This document shows, one piece after another, positions 13,902 through 28,900 of a DNA stretch of 64,000 nucleotides. The first letter of the stretch is position 1. Each line of letters begins with the position of its first letter. Origin of the DNA: Azolla caroliniana (lineage: Eukaryota > Plantae > Polypodiophyta); the NCBI GenBank assembly GCA_043228905.1, contig JBHGNT010000020.1:13206001-13270000 (forward strand). The letters run 5' to 3'. The position numbers and the translations under genes were made by a program. The notes beneath the pieces are model-generated. The model saw nothing but the letters and a program-made list of their open reading frames with translations. It did not search any database and was not told the origin of the DNA.

Positions 13902-16900
13902 CTATGATAGTAGGGCAAGGAGTTCATTATCTCTGTTAGAATCCTCCATTGCTGCTTGAAGTGCTGTTTTACCCAGCTTATCTACAATTGTACTAGCTGC
14001 ACCTCTGTAAAATCAACCAAAATTTTTAACCATCAGAAAACATTACCAGTGACTACTTTTAAGCACACAGATCATGGCTCTGAAACAGTAAACCCTAAAA
14101 ATAACGGAGCAGTAAGCATAAAATTCAAACTTAAAATTGAAACTCATTAAGTGAAAAGGCTTGTGGTCAAGAAGAGTGAATCCCACTATTCAATCATTTA
14201 CAATGTTAGAACGATCTTTGAAAACACTTTTCTAAAGTACACGCATTAGTTGAAAGAGATCTGAAAGCATGTGCATCAACATAACCAAGCTCAGAGTAAC
14301 AGACCTTGAAAGCAGAAGCTTTGCACATGCAGTTCTTGCATGCAAAGCACATCGATGTAAGGGTGTTTGACCTGAACTATCAACAGCATTTACATGAGCT
14401 CCGTACTGAATTAGAAGTTCAACCATGGCTATATCGCCACTTTGGCATGCTAAATGAAGTAAAGTTGATCCGTCAACATCAGGGCTTGAGCTGTGATCTA
14501 ATTTTAAAGAAGGGACTATTTCACCAGAATGAAATGACTTCTCATCTCTTATAGCAGCACTGGATGAACTGGAAAAACCTGATATTATTATTTCTTGAGT
14601 TCTTGAGATATTGTTAGACATATGAGCTGATGCATTTCCTTCCATTGCTCGGTCATATGTAGTATTTGCATCGGCACCAGAACATACAAGCAGGCGGTAT
14701 ACAAGCTTCTTGTTACACGTTTTAACTGCATTCCATATCTTACAAGGAGCTGCAGATAGATCAAATTCATTGTCTGATTTTGAAGTAAACAGTTTCTCCA
14801 CATACTGCATGAAAATATAGTAATGTTCTTAATAATGCAGATATAGAGAATTTTGAAGGGAACAAACAATTTCGTACCTTGGATTGGATATATCGTTCCT
14901 TGACCACAAAGGAATCTCGTGGTACTGGCTTCCTTTTTAATATCAATGACTCAAATCTGCAGACATTGGACACTTCAAAAGCTAAATTTTCTACATCAAA
15001 GAGAATAGATATATGGCAGCACCATGTATTTCAATGATGCATTTCACAACATGTAAAGCATCACACAAACATGGTTTTCACATGAACAGGAATAGACAAA
15101 TACACCAGCAAGTCTCAACCATGGACTTTTGCCAGTTATGTATGCAAGAGACATTTTGCGAAGTTCTCATTGGGATTTAGGAATGTGGTTTCGAGAAAAC
15201 CCTGAAAGAGAATATGTTTCTTCATATATTATGGATCAGTCATTGCATGGAAAAGGACATTATACGCACTGCCCAGCTTGGGCTAAACCTGTGATACATT
15301 CAAGAAATAAGAATAAGAAAGTTCACAGATTTGTTCTAGACATCAGGCAACACCATGTCACTGTGATTCTTGTAAAAGTACAACTTGAGGGTTTACCTAA
15401 AATATAGGTACAAAAGGACTAAGAAAATATGAAAGAACCAAGTTTGCAAAAGGTATGCATCATTATTAATCTATTCTCATACGAAATTTTAGAATTGAAT
15501 CTGTGTTTGTTGTTACCAATATTAGAATTTTGGAACTTACTCCACATCACCACAGTCATTCAGCGTTCTTGATTCATCTTGATGTTCAGAAATCAGCTCC
15601 TCCCAGACGGAATTGCAAAAATTGTTTCCAAGAGATTGAAAGAGGGATATGACTGATGACTCCCAAACCTTCACATCCAGAGTCAATGAGCGCACCTATA
15701 AACCATATGTTAACAAACAGAATTCAATTTATATATAATGTCAGTAAATCAGTAAGTGTTGAATGACCATACATTAATAAAAGGACATCTCTCACCAATA
15801 ATCATCTTCATTAATGCAGTTATTCAAAGGCTGACCTAAATATGCACTAAACAAAGTTTCAGAATCTTAGGAGCATTTGCGTTTTTACATGATAAAAATA
15901 ACGATCAAGATACACAAAGACTGATCGATCTCAACATGCACTAAATAAGGTTTCAGATCTTAGAAGTGTTTGCATTTTGTTGGAATAAAAATAATAATCT
16001 AGAAGTTTGTAAAAGGATATAATCCATCAAATATGAAGCTACAAGATTACAACATCAGCCTATAACTTCATTAACCATAAAAACATCATGAATACAAATT
16101 AGCAACCTCTGAAATTCTTGAAGTAGGTTATCTACAAAAATAAAATTCATGTAAAAAGTAAGCAACACCAAAACTGTCTGGCATGCTGCTTAGAGCTAGG
16201 AGGCAAGGTGACTTATGACACCAAAAGTTCCATCCATGTGAATATAAAAGAATGTATAGTAAAATAAAAATAAATTAAATTGTACCTAAACCATATAACT
16301 GCCCTACGTAACTAGGTAGTGGTTAAAGTACATTAAGAGGCCCACAACCTTCTCATAAATCATCAGAGATTTTATCAATATTTTTGTTGCCACAAAATTT
16401 ACATCTTATAGAGATTCTCATTTCTAGGCTTGAGTGCACTAAAACCAGACCATTTTCCTTTATACATTGTTTCAGTTTTGGGCAGCCCCATCAGAGAATT
16501 ACCACACCTTCCAAAGAGGTAGTTCCCATGCTCATCACACTCAAGCCTCTTACAGAAGCCAGCAACTAAGAAACGCTCCTTCAATGCTTTACATTCATTT
16601 TCCAGGCAAAATCTGGTCTCATCTTACGACCTTCTAGGCATTGTGTTAGATTTTACTAGCCTCTGTTTGGTCTATAAGGTCAACTTGTGCATGTAACTCG
16701 AGCACCAAACTTTGAATCCGGAATAGTTCAAATCTCTCCAGGTATGGACATATCAATGAGTCATCAAAGTCTCAAGTCAATAGTTCCACGGGAACCGCAA
16801 TGAAGTCTTATTTGTGGTTTTTCCTCCAAAAGCTATAGTGCTTTCCCTATGGGGGAAGAACTGCACTCGGCTCTGGTTCCGCTGGAGAAAATATCGTAAT

Positions 16901-19900
16901 GGTAGAGTATATCCTTGCCAAGGATGAAGTTGAGGGTTCGAGTCCATATTTCTGCTTGCAGAATTCCATTATCAGTCAAATTCCTAGCTTTGTCCTTGCT
17001 TCCAAATACAGCAGTCCATGAACCTCACCTACTCATAGGCTTCGGTCAAGTTACACATGCCTGCAGGCTGACCCATGTTATTCGACCCTATCCCATAAAT
17101 CGTGTGGACTTTGAATGGACATGGAGGTAGCTACAAGATCCCAAATGTAACTTTTTTAGCCTCACACGCAACCAGTAGGTCTTTACCGCGGGATTAGGTT
17201 TTGACCAATCTGAGGCAAGCAATCTACAGAAGAACAGGTTATATCCAGTTAATAATAATTACTGGACAGTTACTTTTAAGTGGAGAAAAAACATTACCAG
17301 GATTAACATCTTCAGTTCATTATAATTTAGAGACCAAATTTCACATGTATCTTTCCATCATATCAATAATAAAAGGAGGATATAAATTTACCTTGGAAAT
17401 ATGAACCCCCAAATTACGATGAACACCAGAACACTCGATGCATAATAATATCCCCAGATTGAGGGATGCCCAATCTGGGTCAGATGAATTACAATCAGCA
17501 CAAACTTCATTGCCGGGAACACATCTCAGTACATCTATGGGTCGTTCCACCTGTTCACCTGATGGGGGAAAAAGACCTCGTGTAGGCCTGTCACGGGGAT
17601 TTCGAAAGTGAGGTCTAGGACCTCGTGATTCATCCCAAAATGTTGGATCTAATTCACATGAGCTACTAAGAGAACTGCAGTCACTCCCTGTACAGCGATA
17701 ACTGCTTCTTACAGGACTATCTAGCAGCCTATTACTGTAACTTGTCTGCATAAATGTTCCTTCTTTATAAGATAGAAATAAATAAGAAAATATAGAATAA
17801 TCAACATGGATAAAACTGTATTTGAACCTGGTCAGAACTCTGAGAATTCAATAAGGATGCAATGACTCCAGTTATTTTGTCTATCCAATCCATTCGATCA
17901 ATAGCACTCTCAGCCTATTGTGTTGAGAAGTGATTGAAATTAGGAAAGATTAGTGCAAAATAATCAACTTACAAAAAACCAACAGGATAAAGTACCTGAA
18001 GGGAATAGTTCTTTGAAGGGGAAATAATTCTAAAGCAGAATCGTAAGTCTGTTTGTTCAGCATCAAGCTTGATGGTTGCAGTAAGCAAGTTGACAGTGTG
18101 ATGTAACACAACCTTATCTGCCTGTGGGGACACGTGATGGGAAGAACGAAACCGACTCAGTATGCCGTTATGCTCAGGGCCGCGACTATGGCCTTTCTCT
18201 TGGGCTGCACCCCCCTGTAAAACATCTTTGATATCAGGAGACCACTCGTGAGTAAGTAAAACAGATAATCTCAAAAATGCATTCAAGGCCTATTTCCATT
18301 TTTCCTCTCAAAGAAAATCGTTTTTTTTTTATATTGGCAGAAATATTACAGAAGGAAATATTTACTCACCATCGAACTTCCCCAATGTTTGTGGTAGTAG
18401 TATAATCTTCCTCGACTGTCCAACACGAAAAACCTTCGCTTCCAGTCTCCACGCAAACTTGAAGAACGTTTCAAGAGGTAACCCTGCTTAATAGTTTGAA
18501 CCTGTATTGCAGAGATCATAGATGTAATTTCTATCTGTTGAACAAGAGATCTTGTAAATCTACAGACCAAATGTTTTTAATATTTCTAAAAGAAAGAAAC
18601 AGAGATTATAACAGTTTATTTAACGGAGAGAAAACATATTTGTACTCTAGCTTCCTGAAACTTAACAGTTTGAAAATGTGAGCATGAGTAACCGGCACCA
18701 ATCAGGTTGGTGGTGCCTGAGTACAGGAATTTAAATTGTTGTGCTCTGAAATATTCATCATGGAATGATCCAATATGGAAAGGTTGATGTGAAGGAAGAG
18801 TGTCTATGATAATTAAATCATTAATTATGGTGTTACTTAGGTACACATATCTACATCAAAAAATCTGGAATTGTGGGAAGTACTTTTAACACTACAAAAT
18901 CCAAAATCACATATCAGCACAATGCAGTCTAGAAGTTCTCATTCACCATAGCCTCTTTGAACAACCTCATTCAATTATGTGCTTTCGGAGAGTATTATCC
19001 AGCCACTCAGAAACACAATAATCTTAAATTTTATATAAAATAAAAGAAATGCAGCCGTCGCTTCAATTGTTCCTGAAAGAAGACTGTTTGGTTGTTTACA
19101 GTGAGGTCCAGAGCTAAAATAGGAAACACAATATCATTATGCATGGAAGGAATTCCATTTCAAGTGTGGTGTTATGCACGCATACATAGGTTACATGAAT
19201 TGTATTAGTAGTTCACAGAAATTAACCATAAACAAGTTTTAAAAAATGGACATCCTGTATTTCACACAAACCCGAAACCTGAAGACACTAAAGGTGCTTC
19301 CGTTGCTTCGGAGACCTCTCTATTTCAGATCAGCTCATGTTGAAGATGTTTTGAAGGAAAATGTTTTAGTTCATTTTGAGTGCAGAATGCTAGGTGCCTA
19401 TCTAACAACATTATCTGGTACCTTGGAAAGTTTCTTGTTCTCATAGGCCATTTTGTCCTCACAAAAAATGTTACTATCTGATTATATTGTGCTAATCTCT
19501 GATACTTCAGAAGGATTACAAAGACACCTAAATGCCTTAATAGTATTCACTACAGACAAAGGTTTTGTGACATAAACGTAAGCTAAAGTGATGGTGTTTA
19601 GCACCACACAAGCATGGTAAAAGAGATTAGAACCAGAGTTCTACTTGGAAGAGGAAAAGGAGGCATACAAATGATCCTACACATACCTACATACCTAAAT
19701 GTAACATATCAGAGGATGGATTGATCAGGCCCTCTTACATGAACATACATCTATTGTACACATTGCGCAGTGTGATATCGCAGCTGCAAACTTCTTTACA
19801 TCTGTTAGAGATTGAAGCTGGCAGATATGCACAAATACCTCTGGAAGGAAGAATTTGCCAATTGTGTCATCAAGGAGAGGAACCTGAAGAATACTATGTT

Positions 19901-22900
19901 GTTACTGTACTGCTTTTATGAAATAAGAGGGAGATACCATTGCCTCTTTGAGCAAGGATTTGTCTACCACACAAGGTAATGAAATGACGACCAAGGATGC
20001 ATTGGGCTTTTCTTTCTAGAACTCTAAGAGACACTGGGAGAAGTTGTTGAAGGACAACAATACAGCCACACAAACTCATCAACAAAAAACAATCAGATGA
20101 TTCCTTTGCCCCATTACTCCTAGTCATGCTACAAGTCAAGCAAGGGCTACACAAATGGGCTCTCAACCAGGACACTGCATAGCGGTTACAATAGATAGGG
20201 CAATAGTAATTTCCCATTCATGTATTCCCTGGCCTTGTGAACCACGTTCTCACCACCCTTCTCATTGACCAATAAAGGTCAGTATCTCCTGCCATTACAG
20301 ATGCTTTCTTAGATTTGGAGACATCTCTATTCTCCATCAACCTATGCTAGAGAACTTTCGACGACAAAAAATTACAATCTATCTGACTTGAGAGTATCTT
20401 ACATGTATAGATGACGAGACTCTTTAATCAAGTCTTATTCTATTTCTGTTTATACTTCTACTTACTTTTTTACTTAGTTACATTTATTTTGGAGACATCT
20501 CCATTCTCCATCAGAACTTTCGACGACAAAAAATTACAATCTATCTGACTTGAGAGTATCTTATATGTATAGATGATGAGATTCTTTAATCAAGTCTTAT
20601 TCTATTTCTATTTATACTTCTAGTTACTTTTTTACTTGGTTCCATTTATTGTGGACACATCTCCATTCTCCATCAAGCTATGCTAGAGTATCTTACATGT
20701 ATAGATGACAAGATTCTTTAATCAAGTCTTATTCTATTTCTATTTATACTTCTAGTACTTTTTTACTTAGTTACATTTATTTTGGTTGGTTGTTCTCAGA
20801 GACAAGAAAACATTTTAAGATGTACTCTCTTGTTTGGTCTTAGAGGCCATTTTGGCCTCTTAAAGACGCTAATATATTTGTTCTTGTATGTGTGCCTATA
20901 TACAGACACACATGTACATCTGAAGGATGGCTGCAAACAATATTCCTGAATGTTATAAATATCCCAATTTTTATAGAGCATGGTTTGAAACAGTAGAACC
21001 TTTATCTATCATCTCTGTTATTTCCTTTGTGCATATAAGCCATATGTAATGGCAACCTATAGTTCAATAGTTGAGTGATCAATAAGTATAGCTTGACATA
21101 AATCCTACATCAATGAACCAAACAGACCATCAGCTATTACTGCAGATTGAATATTAGTTGATGATGGAAATGGTCAGATATATTTGCAATCTATAGAAAA
21201 ACAGTTTAATGTAGATCTATAACTACCTCATACTGTAAGCCAAAATAAGGGGTACTAGACAAAAGAAACAGTCCTTCACTGGCTTTCAATATGAATTCTC
21301 CAGTTCAAATCAAAATTAACAAACGTGAATATGCCCTGTCAACAGAAGTATAACCTTTCCGTTGGATGTTGATTGCATTATAGCTTCAATCATTTTGTGG
21401 GAGCTTCTCCCAACTGCATGTATACCATCTCCACTAGGTGAAGCTTCTATGTCACTAAAAGACCTTTGATTGTCCCGTTCCATCTGCTGCCTAAAATCTT
21501 GCATTCGTTCTGCCAATGCTGCTTGCTCATATGTAGCTTGTTCTCGGCACTGTTGGGCATATGTTGAAACCTGTGGCCTAAAAGGATGAGTTGGTGCATT
21601 ATGGAAGCACATTTATACAGTTCCATATACAACAAACATACCTACTGACCTCATGAATATACGGTTCCATCTGATGAAGTAGTTCATAGCCCTAACATAT
21701 GACATTCACAAGATCATCATACTTGTGGAATAAAATGCTGAAAACTAATTAGCATGGGGGATCATAACCTGCTTAAAGTAACGTAGGTGAGCATCCATAG
21801 CTCCACTCACAGACTCCAAAAATTCAAACTTCTTTTTGGCTTCAATGTTTGATAAGCAAGTAACCTGCAGTTATTTAGTGAAGGAGAAATTAAACACAAT
21901 TGATAAGTTCATGCATCGAAAAGCATAAAGGACCATCTTACTAGGTTGAATCTTGCTTGTTCAAATGCTGACCTAGAATTTCGGAGTTCCTAATTAAAAG
22001 ATCATTATTAGGAAAATAGCACAAGGAAACTACACCAGAAACCATCCCAAGTTTAGGGCTTAAAATAACAATTGCACTACCTCCTCAATCTCTGAAACCA
22101 CATCAACTTTTGTCCCTTTCTTCAGAGAGAGAAACTTCTCTCTTGACTGCAACAATTCAGGTATTCGTTTTCAATTATGGCATGTTAGTATTAGTTTTCT
22201 CAATATCAGACCATCCAAAGGTTTTGACTTGCACACATTTAGCATAGACAAACCTGATCATAATGCAAACTTGCTTTGTCAAATCGTTTACGAACTTCCT
22301 GTGAATTTCAAGTCCAGGCTTGAAAGCATGTTAAAAAGCAAAGTGAAATAATGACAAATTACGCTTGGAAGTCAAGTAAATGAGTTCATATCCATTGGCG
22401 CTTCAGGCCCATGTAAACAAAAGAAAGACAGAAAATATTTTGGACATAGCAATCATGCACACCCTGGAAAGGGACCCTCACACACACAATGTAAGTCCTG
22501 ACAAGTGGCATGAGATTAATTCAAGATGTTGAAAAGATAAATACCAACGTTAAGAATAATATCGACATTAAGAATAAATCGCATTTTTAAGCCTTTGTTA
22601 AGTTCTAAATCCATAAAACACACTAGATGTTAAATTAAACAGCAAATATTGAGATAATTCTTGCAAATTACAGGAATACAACCACCAAAAAAGAAGGATG
22701 GAATATTTACATACAGCACCTCACAAATATCCTAGCATAATGTTTTCTGGAACCGTTTCTAGTATTTGAAACAAAATCACTAAGAGGGAGGCAACCTTTT
22801 CTGTTCTTGCTTCTCAAATCTATAAAAAATGGGATAGCCTACCAAGAAAACCTTTTACAGCATACTATAGCAGAGCAACTAGAAAACACCATTATCTATG

Positions 22901-25900
22901 AGTTCATTTTCAGTTTCAAATTATTTGAAGATAAAATATTGCTTTAATGACAAAACTTGTACTCCAAGTTGACAAGATAAATATCACCCATTCAAATAGT
23001 AGATCATACGTATTGGAAAAAAATGAGTAAGGTATGACAAATAAGTCACAGGTTGTCTTCTGTGGACACTTCAAACACATTCTTTGCACAACGAATAGGG
23101 GCTTTGCTCAACCTAATTTGTAAAAGCTAGTGATACTGTAGCAAATGGATACATAAGTTATGATTTTCCAGCATTATAACAACAAAATGTAACTGCTGGA
23201 GAAGAGAGGTAGAACTGTTCCATTGATGAAGCAGTCTAGGTGATTGTACCTCTCACCTCATTCATTAAATCAAATTTCAATGATGCAAATTCTAATAAAA
23301 GAGCAGCATTCATATTTAATAACTATGATAAGCAGCAGCAACATTATATACCCTTGATATTTAGGTCAGTTTACAAATTGATGAAGCAGTCCAGGTAATT
23401 GTAATTCTCAAAAATTCAATGATGCAAATACCAAAAAAGAGTTGCATTCATATTTAATGACTATTATTAGCAGAAACAACATGATATACCTTGATATCTT
23501 GAAGATCGATGCTTGCGAATTGAATCAACTGCTCATTAAGATTAAGCTCCACCTAAAAGTTGAGTCGTGTAAGTTGAAAGAATCATTTTGGCTTCATATG
23601 CCATGTAGTTTATAAAGCTATGATGGGTTAAACAAGAGATTTATAAATGCATCAACTTTTAGGCTCCATTTTCTATGGAACATAATAGTCTACTAGTAGA
23701 ATAATAAACTTCACAAAACATTGGCTACGCCTATTGTTAGGACTTATCATGAAACACCCTAAAAAGCCATACACCATATGGATTGGAGATTAACTTTTCA
23801 TGCCAATATGTGTCTCTTGTATCTTTTTACTGAGACCCTGGCTCTAGCTTTGCCCAGAAATCCAAAAGATTTGAGACACTAGCAGACAAAAAGTCTGTCA
23901 TAATCAATTTCAACCTCTAGCATTAACATGATAGGTACGCTCAACAAATCTACTCTACATATCATGTTGTTGAAGATTTGATGTAGTGAAACACTCTATG
24001 ATACTCTAGAAACCAATCTGAAACTTTTCCGACATCTCTGTCTACCATTTCAATTTCAAAACAAGCATTTCCATTTTCCAAGTTCATAACAACAGAAGTG
24101 AGGAAATTTTTTAAATGAACCAGACATAAAGTAGTTTTTGACACACTTCATGATGTGCACTAGAAAGCTCATTGCATTCTCTGCCCTCAATCTTTCTCTA
24201 CAGATCCTTATATAGTTGTGACCACATTCCCATCCCACCAGCCCATTCATAAAGGGAGAACTCTAAACTCACTCTGCTTGTTGGTTTCCTGTCTACTTCT
24301 CTGAAATTCTTTCCCAGCCTCAACAGAAGCTGTACCTATCTACCTTCTCTGACCTTCTACGAATTAATTGTGCTCCATCTGATAAGTCTTCACATGTCCA
24401 TCACAAGCAACTTTACAACTTACTGACTCCCTCAATAGTTCACAAACCGAAAAAACTAAAAGAAACAGGAGTGTCAAGGACTCTAAGAGACAACTAAAAG
24501 GATGAATCATAGACAACTAATGTCAAGGACTCTAAGAAACAACTCAAAGGAGCCAACATAGATGGAGGGAAACTCTTCCAGCAGCTGTACCTATCTACCT
24601 TCTCTGACCTTCTACGAATTAATTGTGCTCCATCTGATAAGTCTTCACATGTCCATCACAAGCAACTTTACAACTTACTGACTCCCTCAATAGTTCACAA
24701 ACCGAAAAAACTAAAAGAAACAGGAGTGTCAAGGACTCTAAGAGACAACTAAAAGGATGAATCATAGACAACTAATGTCAAGGACTCTAAGAAACAACTC
24801 AAAGGAGCCAACATAGATGGAGGGAAACTCTTCCAGCAGCTGTACCTATCTACCTTCTCTGACCTTCTACGAATTAATTGTGCTCCATCTGATAAGTCTT
24901 CACATGTCCATCACAAGCAACTTTACAACTTACTGACTCCCTCAATAGTTCACAAACCGAAAAAACTAAAAGAAACAGGAGTGTCAAGGACTCTAAGAGA
25001 CAACTAAAAGGATGAATCATAGACAACTAATGTCAAGGACTCTAAGAAACAACTCAAAGGAGCCAACATAGATGGAGGGAAACTCTTCCAGCACCAACAA
25101 TCTTAGGGTGAGAATTGACAAAATTGAGTGTTCCACAAAATGAGCTCATTAAAATGACCTTTGAGAGCCAAGAAGAGACTGTGCATCTAAAAACGTTGTC
25201 TAGTCTACGAGAAAAATGAAATTCATCAATACGAACAAAAGACATATGTGGTGATCCCATTGGCCACCAAATACTGTGCTGATGTCCTAGTTGATGGGTC
25301 ACAATGCTGGTAAGTAGGCTGACAAACTGAGCACTAGGTATAAGAATCAATGCACTCAGTGACAATGAATTTTCCATGGAGCTGATGGAGGACTAAGTTA
25401 AAAATAATTGTGTGACTGATTTGATAGTGTTTGAAATACTCGCGGGGAAATGTTGCATTCTAATGATTTGAAATCCATCCTCAAATTGCAATTGAATATC
25501 CTAAATGCATATCTCCATACAAAGAAGCCTCAACTAAAGTCTTCAATAGCATGATTATTTTAATTTCATCACACACTTTCTTAGCTAAAGGCTCAATAGG
25601 CTCATATAGGACATACCAACCAGATTTTAGTTTTGTTTATTCACATAACAAGTGATAAGTTTATGGTCATTAAATCTAGAACTGCACCTGTGAACGGAGA
25701 ATTTCTTTGTACGTTGATATCTCCCTCAATGCAATAGCAAATTTTGTCGTCACGGACCCTGAGAGATGTTCCATTTCATTACAAACAGGAAACAATATGA
25801 TATATAAAAATAAACTAATGGCAAGAACCAGAAAAATAGAAAAGAAAAGCAAATGCATCCCAGGCCCAACAAGGAGTTCAAATTTTTTATAAGCAACAAC

Positions 25901-28900
25901 ATAATTTCATGAAAGGATGGGTAGGTTAAGGAATAATAATAGACAATATAAGACTGCATTCAGCATCAGCAACTAGCATCATTATATTGAAAGGACAAGT
26001 GAAAACATTGATCATTCAACAAGCATACGGAATGCACACTCTAGAGACATCCATAACTCTGACCAATATCACCTCACTATGATAAGCATGTTTCCCCAAG
26101 TCTGGAACAAAAGGAATAGTTTCAAACGATTGCAGACATCAGTTGTCCACAATCTTAAACTCACAAGAATAATTCTCTAATACAGAATGATATCCACTCC
26201 ACAATGTGATTACTGCTGCAAAAACATTTCTGCCATTCTCTTGCAAAAATGAACTGATAAACAACACTACTATCAACTATCTAACAAATCACACAAATCA
26301 TGATAAGCTACATTGTTTCTAATATATAAGCCATGTAATGGTTTATGTGATCAAAGATGCACAGAAAATCTGAGACCTTCGACAAATAATTACAATAAAA
26401 TTTTTAGAATGCATCAGTAATATGGAGATAAATTTGAAACTAACAACGAAATAGTTACCTCCAACAGCCGTGTATATAGGATCATCAAAACCTCCTCCAA
26501 AACTCTCCAAAGAACTTGCAAAGCCAATGTCCCCATCATAGGCTTCACCGAGACCCTCTCTGTGTAAGGCCAAAAAAGAACAATCTTTAGAAAAAAGATA
26601 CAATGCATAGACTAAAACATTTCCCATAGATTTGTAATGCATGGTAAAGTTCAATTTAATTTACTTGCCAAAGAAGCAGCCAAGATTCACTTGCGAGAAA
26701 CAACACTGAGTGAAATACAGGGATGTAAATAGTTCCCCTGTTTACAAAGGATTATTATGATTGCCATTATTCCCAAATTTTACTCAAGCCCAATCACATG
26801 ACCAAGATAAAGGTGAATTCATGGATGCACATTTTGTAGTCATCCAACTTTCGAACAAAGCTACATAAGTGGTACCCCATCAATGTAATAATTTTGTTCG
26901 TAAGCTGTTGAAATCACTCTCATGTATACACAGAGGTCGTGACAGATTTGCTAGTATAATAGGAAACAGGGGAAACACATTCCAAGTTTGCAAGCTTAAG
27001 AAATGGTTCTAGTGGTAATTGCATAAAAATATATATCCATGATCACCTAAGATGCATATAAAACACATTACGAGTTAATTACTTCAAAGTAGTTTCCATT
27101 TAAGATGAAGCATGTATAAAATCTGACGATGAACGAAAAAGTGAAGAAGATAAGATAAATAACTACATGTCGAGTTAATTACTTCAAAGTAGTTTCCGTT
27201 AAAGATAAAGCATATATAAAGTATGATAATGAAAGACAAATAGCTACATGTCATCAAGAAACAATAGACATAAATAGTGGGAGGACTAGGTGATCAATAA
27301 CAAAAGTGTATTAGAAATTTTACAGCCCATTTACAACAATATCTCATGTGCAAGCAGGTTTTATTTCCTTCTAAGATTCAAATGATTACGGAAAGCTTTA
27401 GCCTCATGCCCCATGAAACAAAAGTATGTAAGTGATACGGTGTCCTAGAAGCCAAGAAGTTATAAGGGGCTTGAGACAACATTAGAGTGTAGAGGTCTGT
27501 TCTCACGTGCTCATTTTAATAGCACCAACATACACTAGGCTAAATACACATTTTTGAGCCTTCAGAAGAGAGATGTATTTTTGGCATGGCCAGGTTAGGG
27601 TGGTCTTCAGACAGAAATGCCTGCATAAGATCATAGTTGACATGGGAATAGTTTGAAAATTAAACTTCCTACATAGAATAACACAGTACTTCATGAATTG
27701 GAGCTAATCAATAAAGTTTACAAGGTGTGCACATACGTATATTTCCGGCAACCTTTATAGAACTTCAGGCAGCGATCCTTCAATGAATCTGCAGTTTCCT
27801 CTAGAGCTTGAAGCTGAATATAAAGAAAACAAATCAATTCATGAAAAATGTAGTCTTTCTTGATCAAACGTACTGTAATAGTAAGCATAGAAAAGAAGTT
27901 GTGGAAACCTCTACTCATAATCTAACAAACAGCATGAGCCATGAGCTTCAGTCTTCAAGGCGTGAGTTTCCTTTATTATAAATGTGATGCAGTGAGGTCA
28001 TTTTATTCAGATACAGCATTTTAATTTACGATGTTTGATCCAATTAACAACATTTTAAGAGTTTATTTATTAAAGATATTAATAATTTCCTCCTAAAATG
28101 AGTCTTTTGGGATCTCAATGACAAATGTATGCCTACTGCAATGGGCCTTCAGTGAGAGTGACGCCTCTACAGAAGATTGCCACCTAGAAGTAGAGTTGGG
28201 TCTATTTATTCTTTGAGTATTCCCAAAGTTGGAGGGGATGGCTTTGACAAACATGCTGAAGAAAAAAATCACTAGAAAGCCTACTGAACCTCGGAATTAT
28301 TAAGTTCCTAGAGCTGAAGGCCGTACAATTAATTAAGGTTTGCACAATGGGTTAAGATATTTCAAAGTTTGGGCCACACTGAGTCATTGTAGACATGCAG
28401 ACTGATTTTTAATGAATTTGGGATGATTGCATTCTATCATAATTACTGCTCTTCCTTTGTCACTTGACTTCCTATCACTGTTAACATGATACAAAATCCA
28501 GCTTCTTGGAGGCCTTGAACATTTCAAATTTTGTTTTCAATCTTTCATGCATCAGTGGATTCCGATTCATTCAGACGTGTAGTCATTTTGATGTCAGAGA
28601 ATTCATCATCACAAATGACACACACATGGAAGTCTTGGCATAAGGTAGATGAAGGAATGAATTTCCCATTCCACATGCCATTAACCAAGCTGAATTAGGT
28701 AGAATGTTCCATAATCACACGAATGGAACAACCATCAAATGTGTCAGAATTCACTCTATCATGTTCTATACCTTGAAAGTCGTCACTGCAGTCATACAAA
28801 TGCTAGAAGATGGATCTATCAAAATTTATCATACTCAGATGTGATGTTTAGTGGAGTTAAGATGCACTTCGATTAGAATGATAATTGTTCAATGTTTGCA

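Noticed and set aside
15100-15300. Possible additional AGD exon between exons 16 and 17 (acceptor-like TTTCAG and TCACAG)
   Set aside because: Candidate frames hit stops or lack a good donor. Exons 16 and 17 already join in phase and give a normal-length protein.
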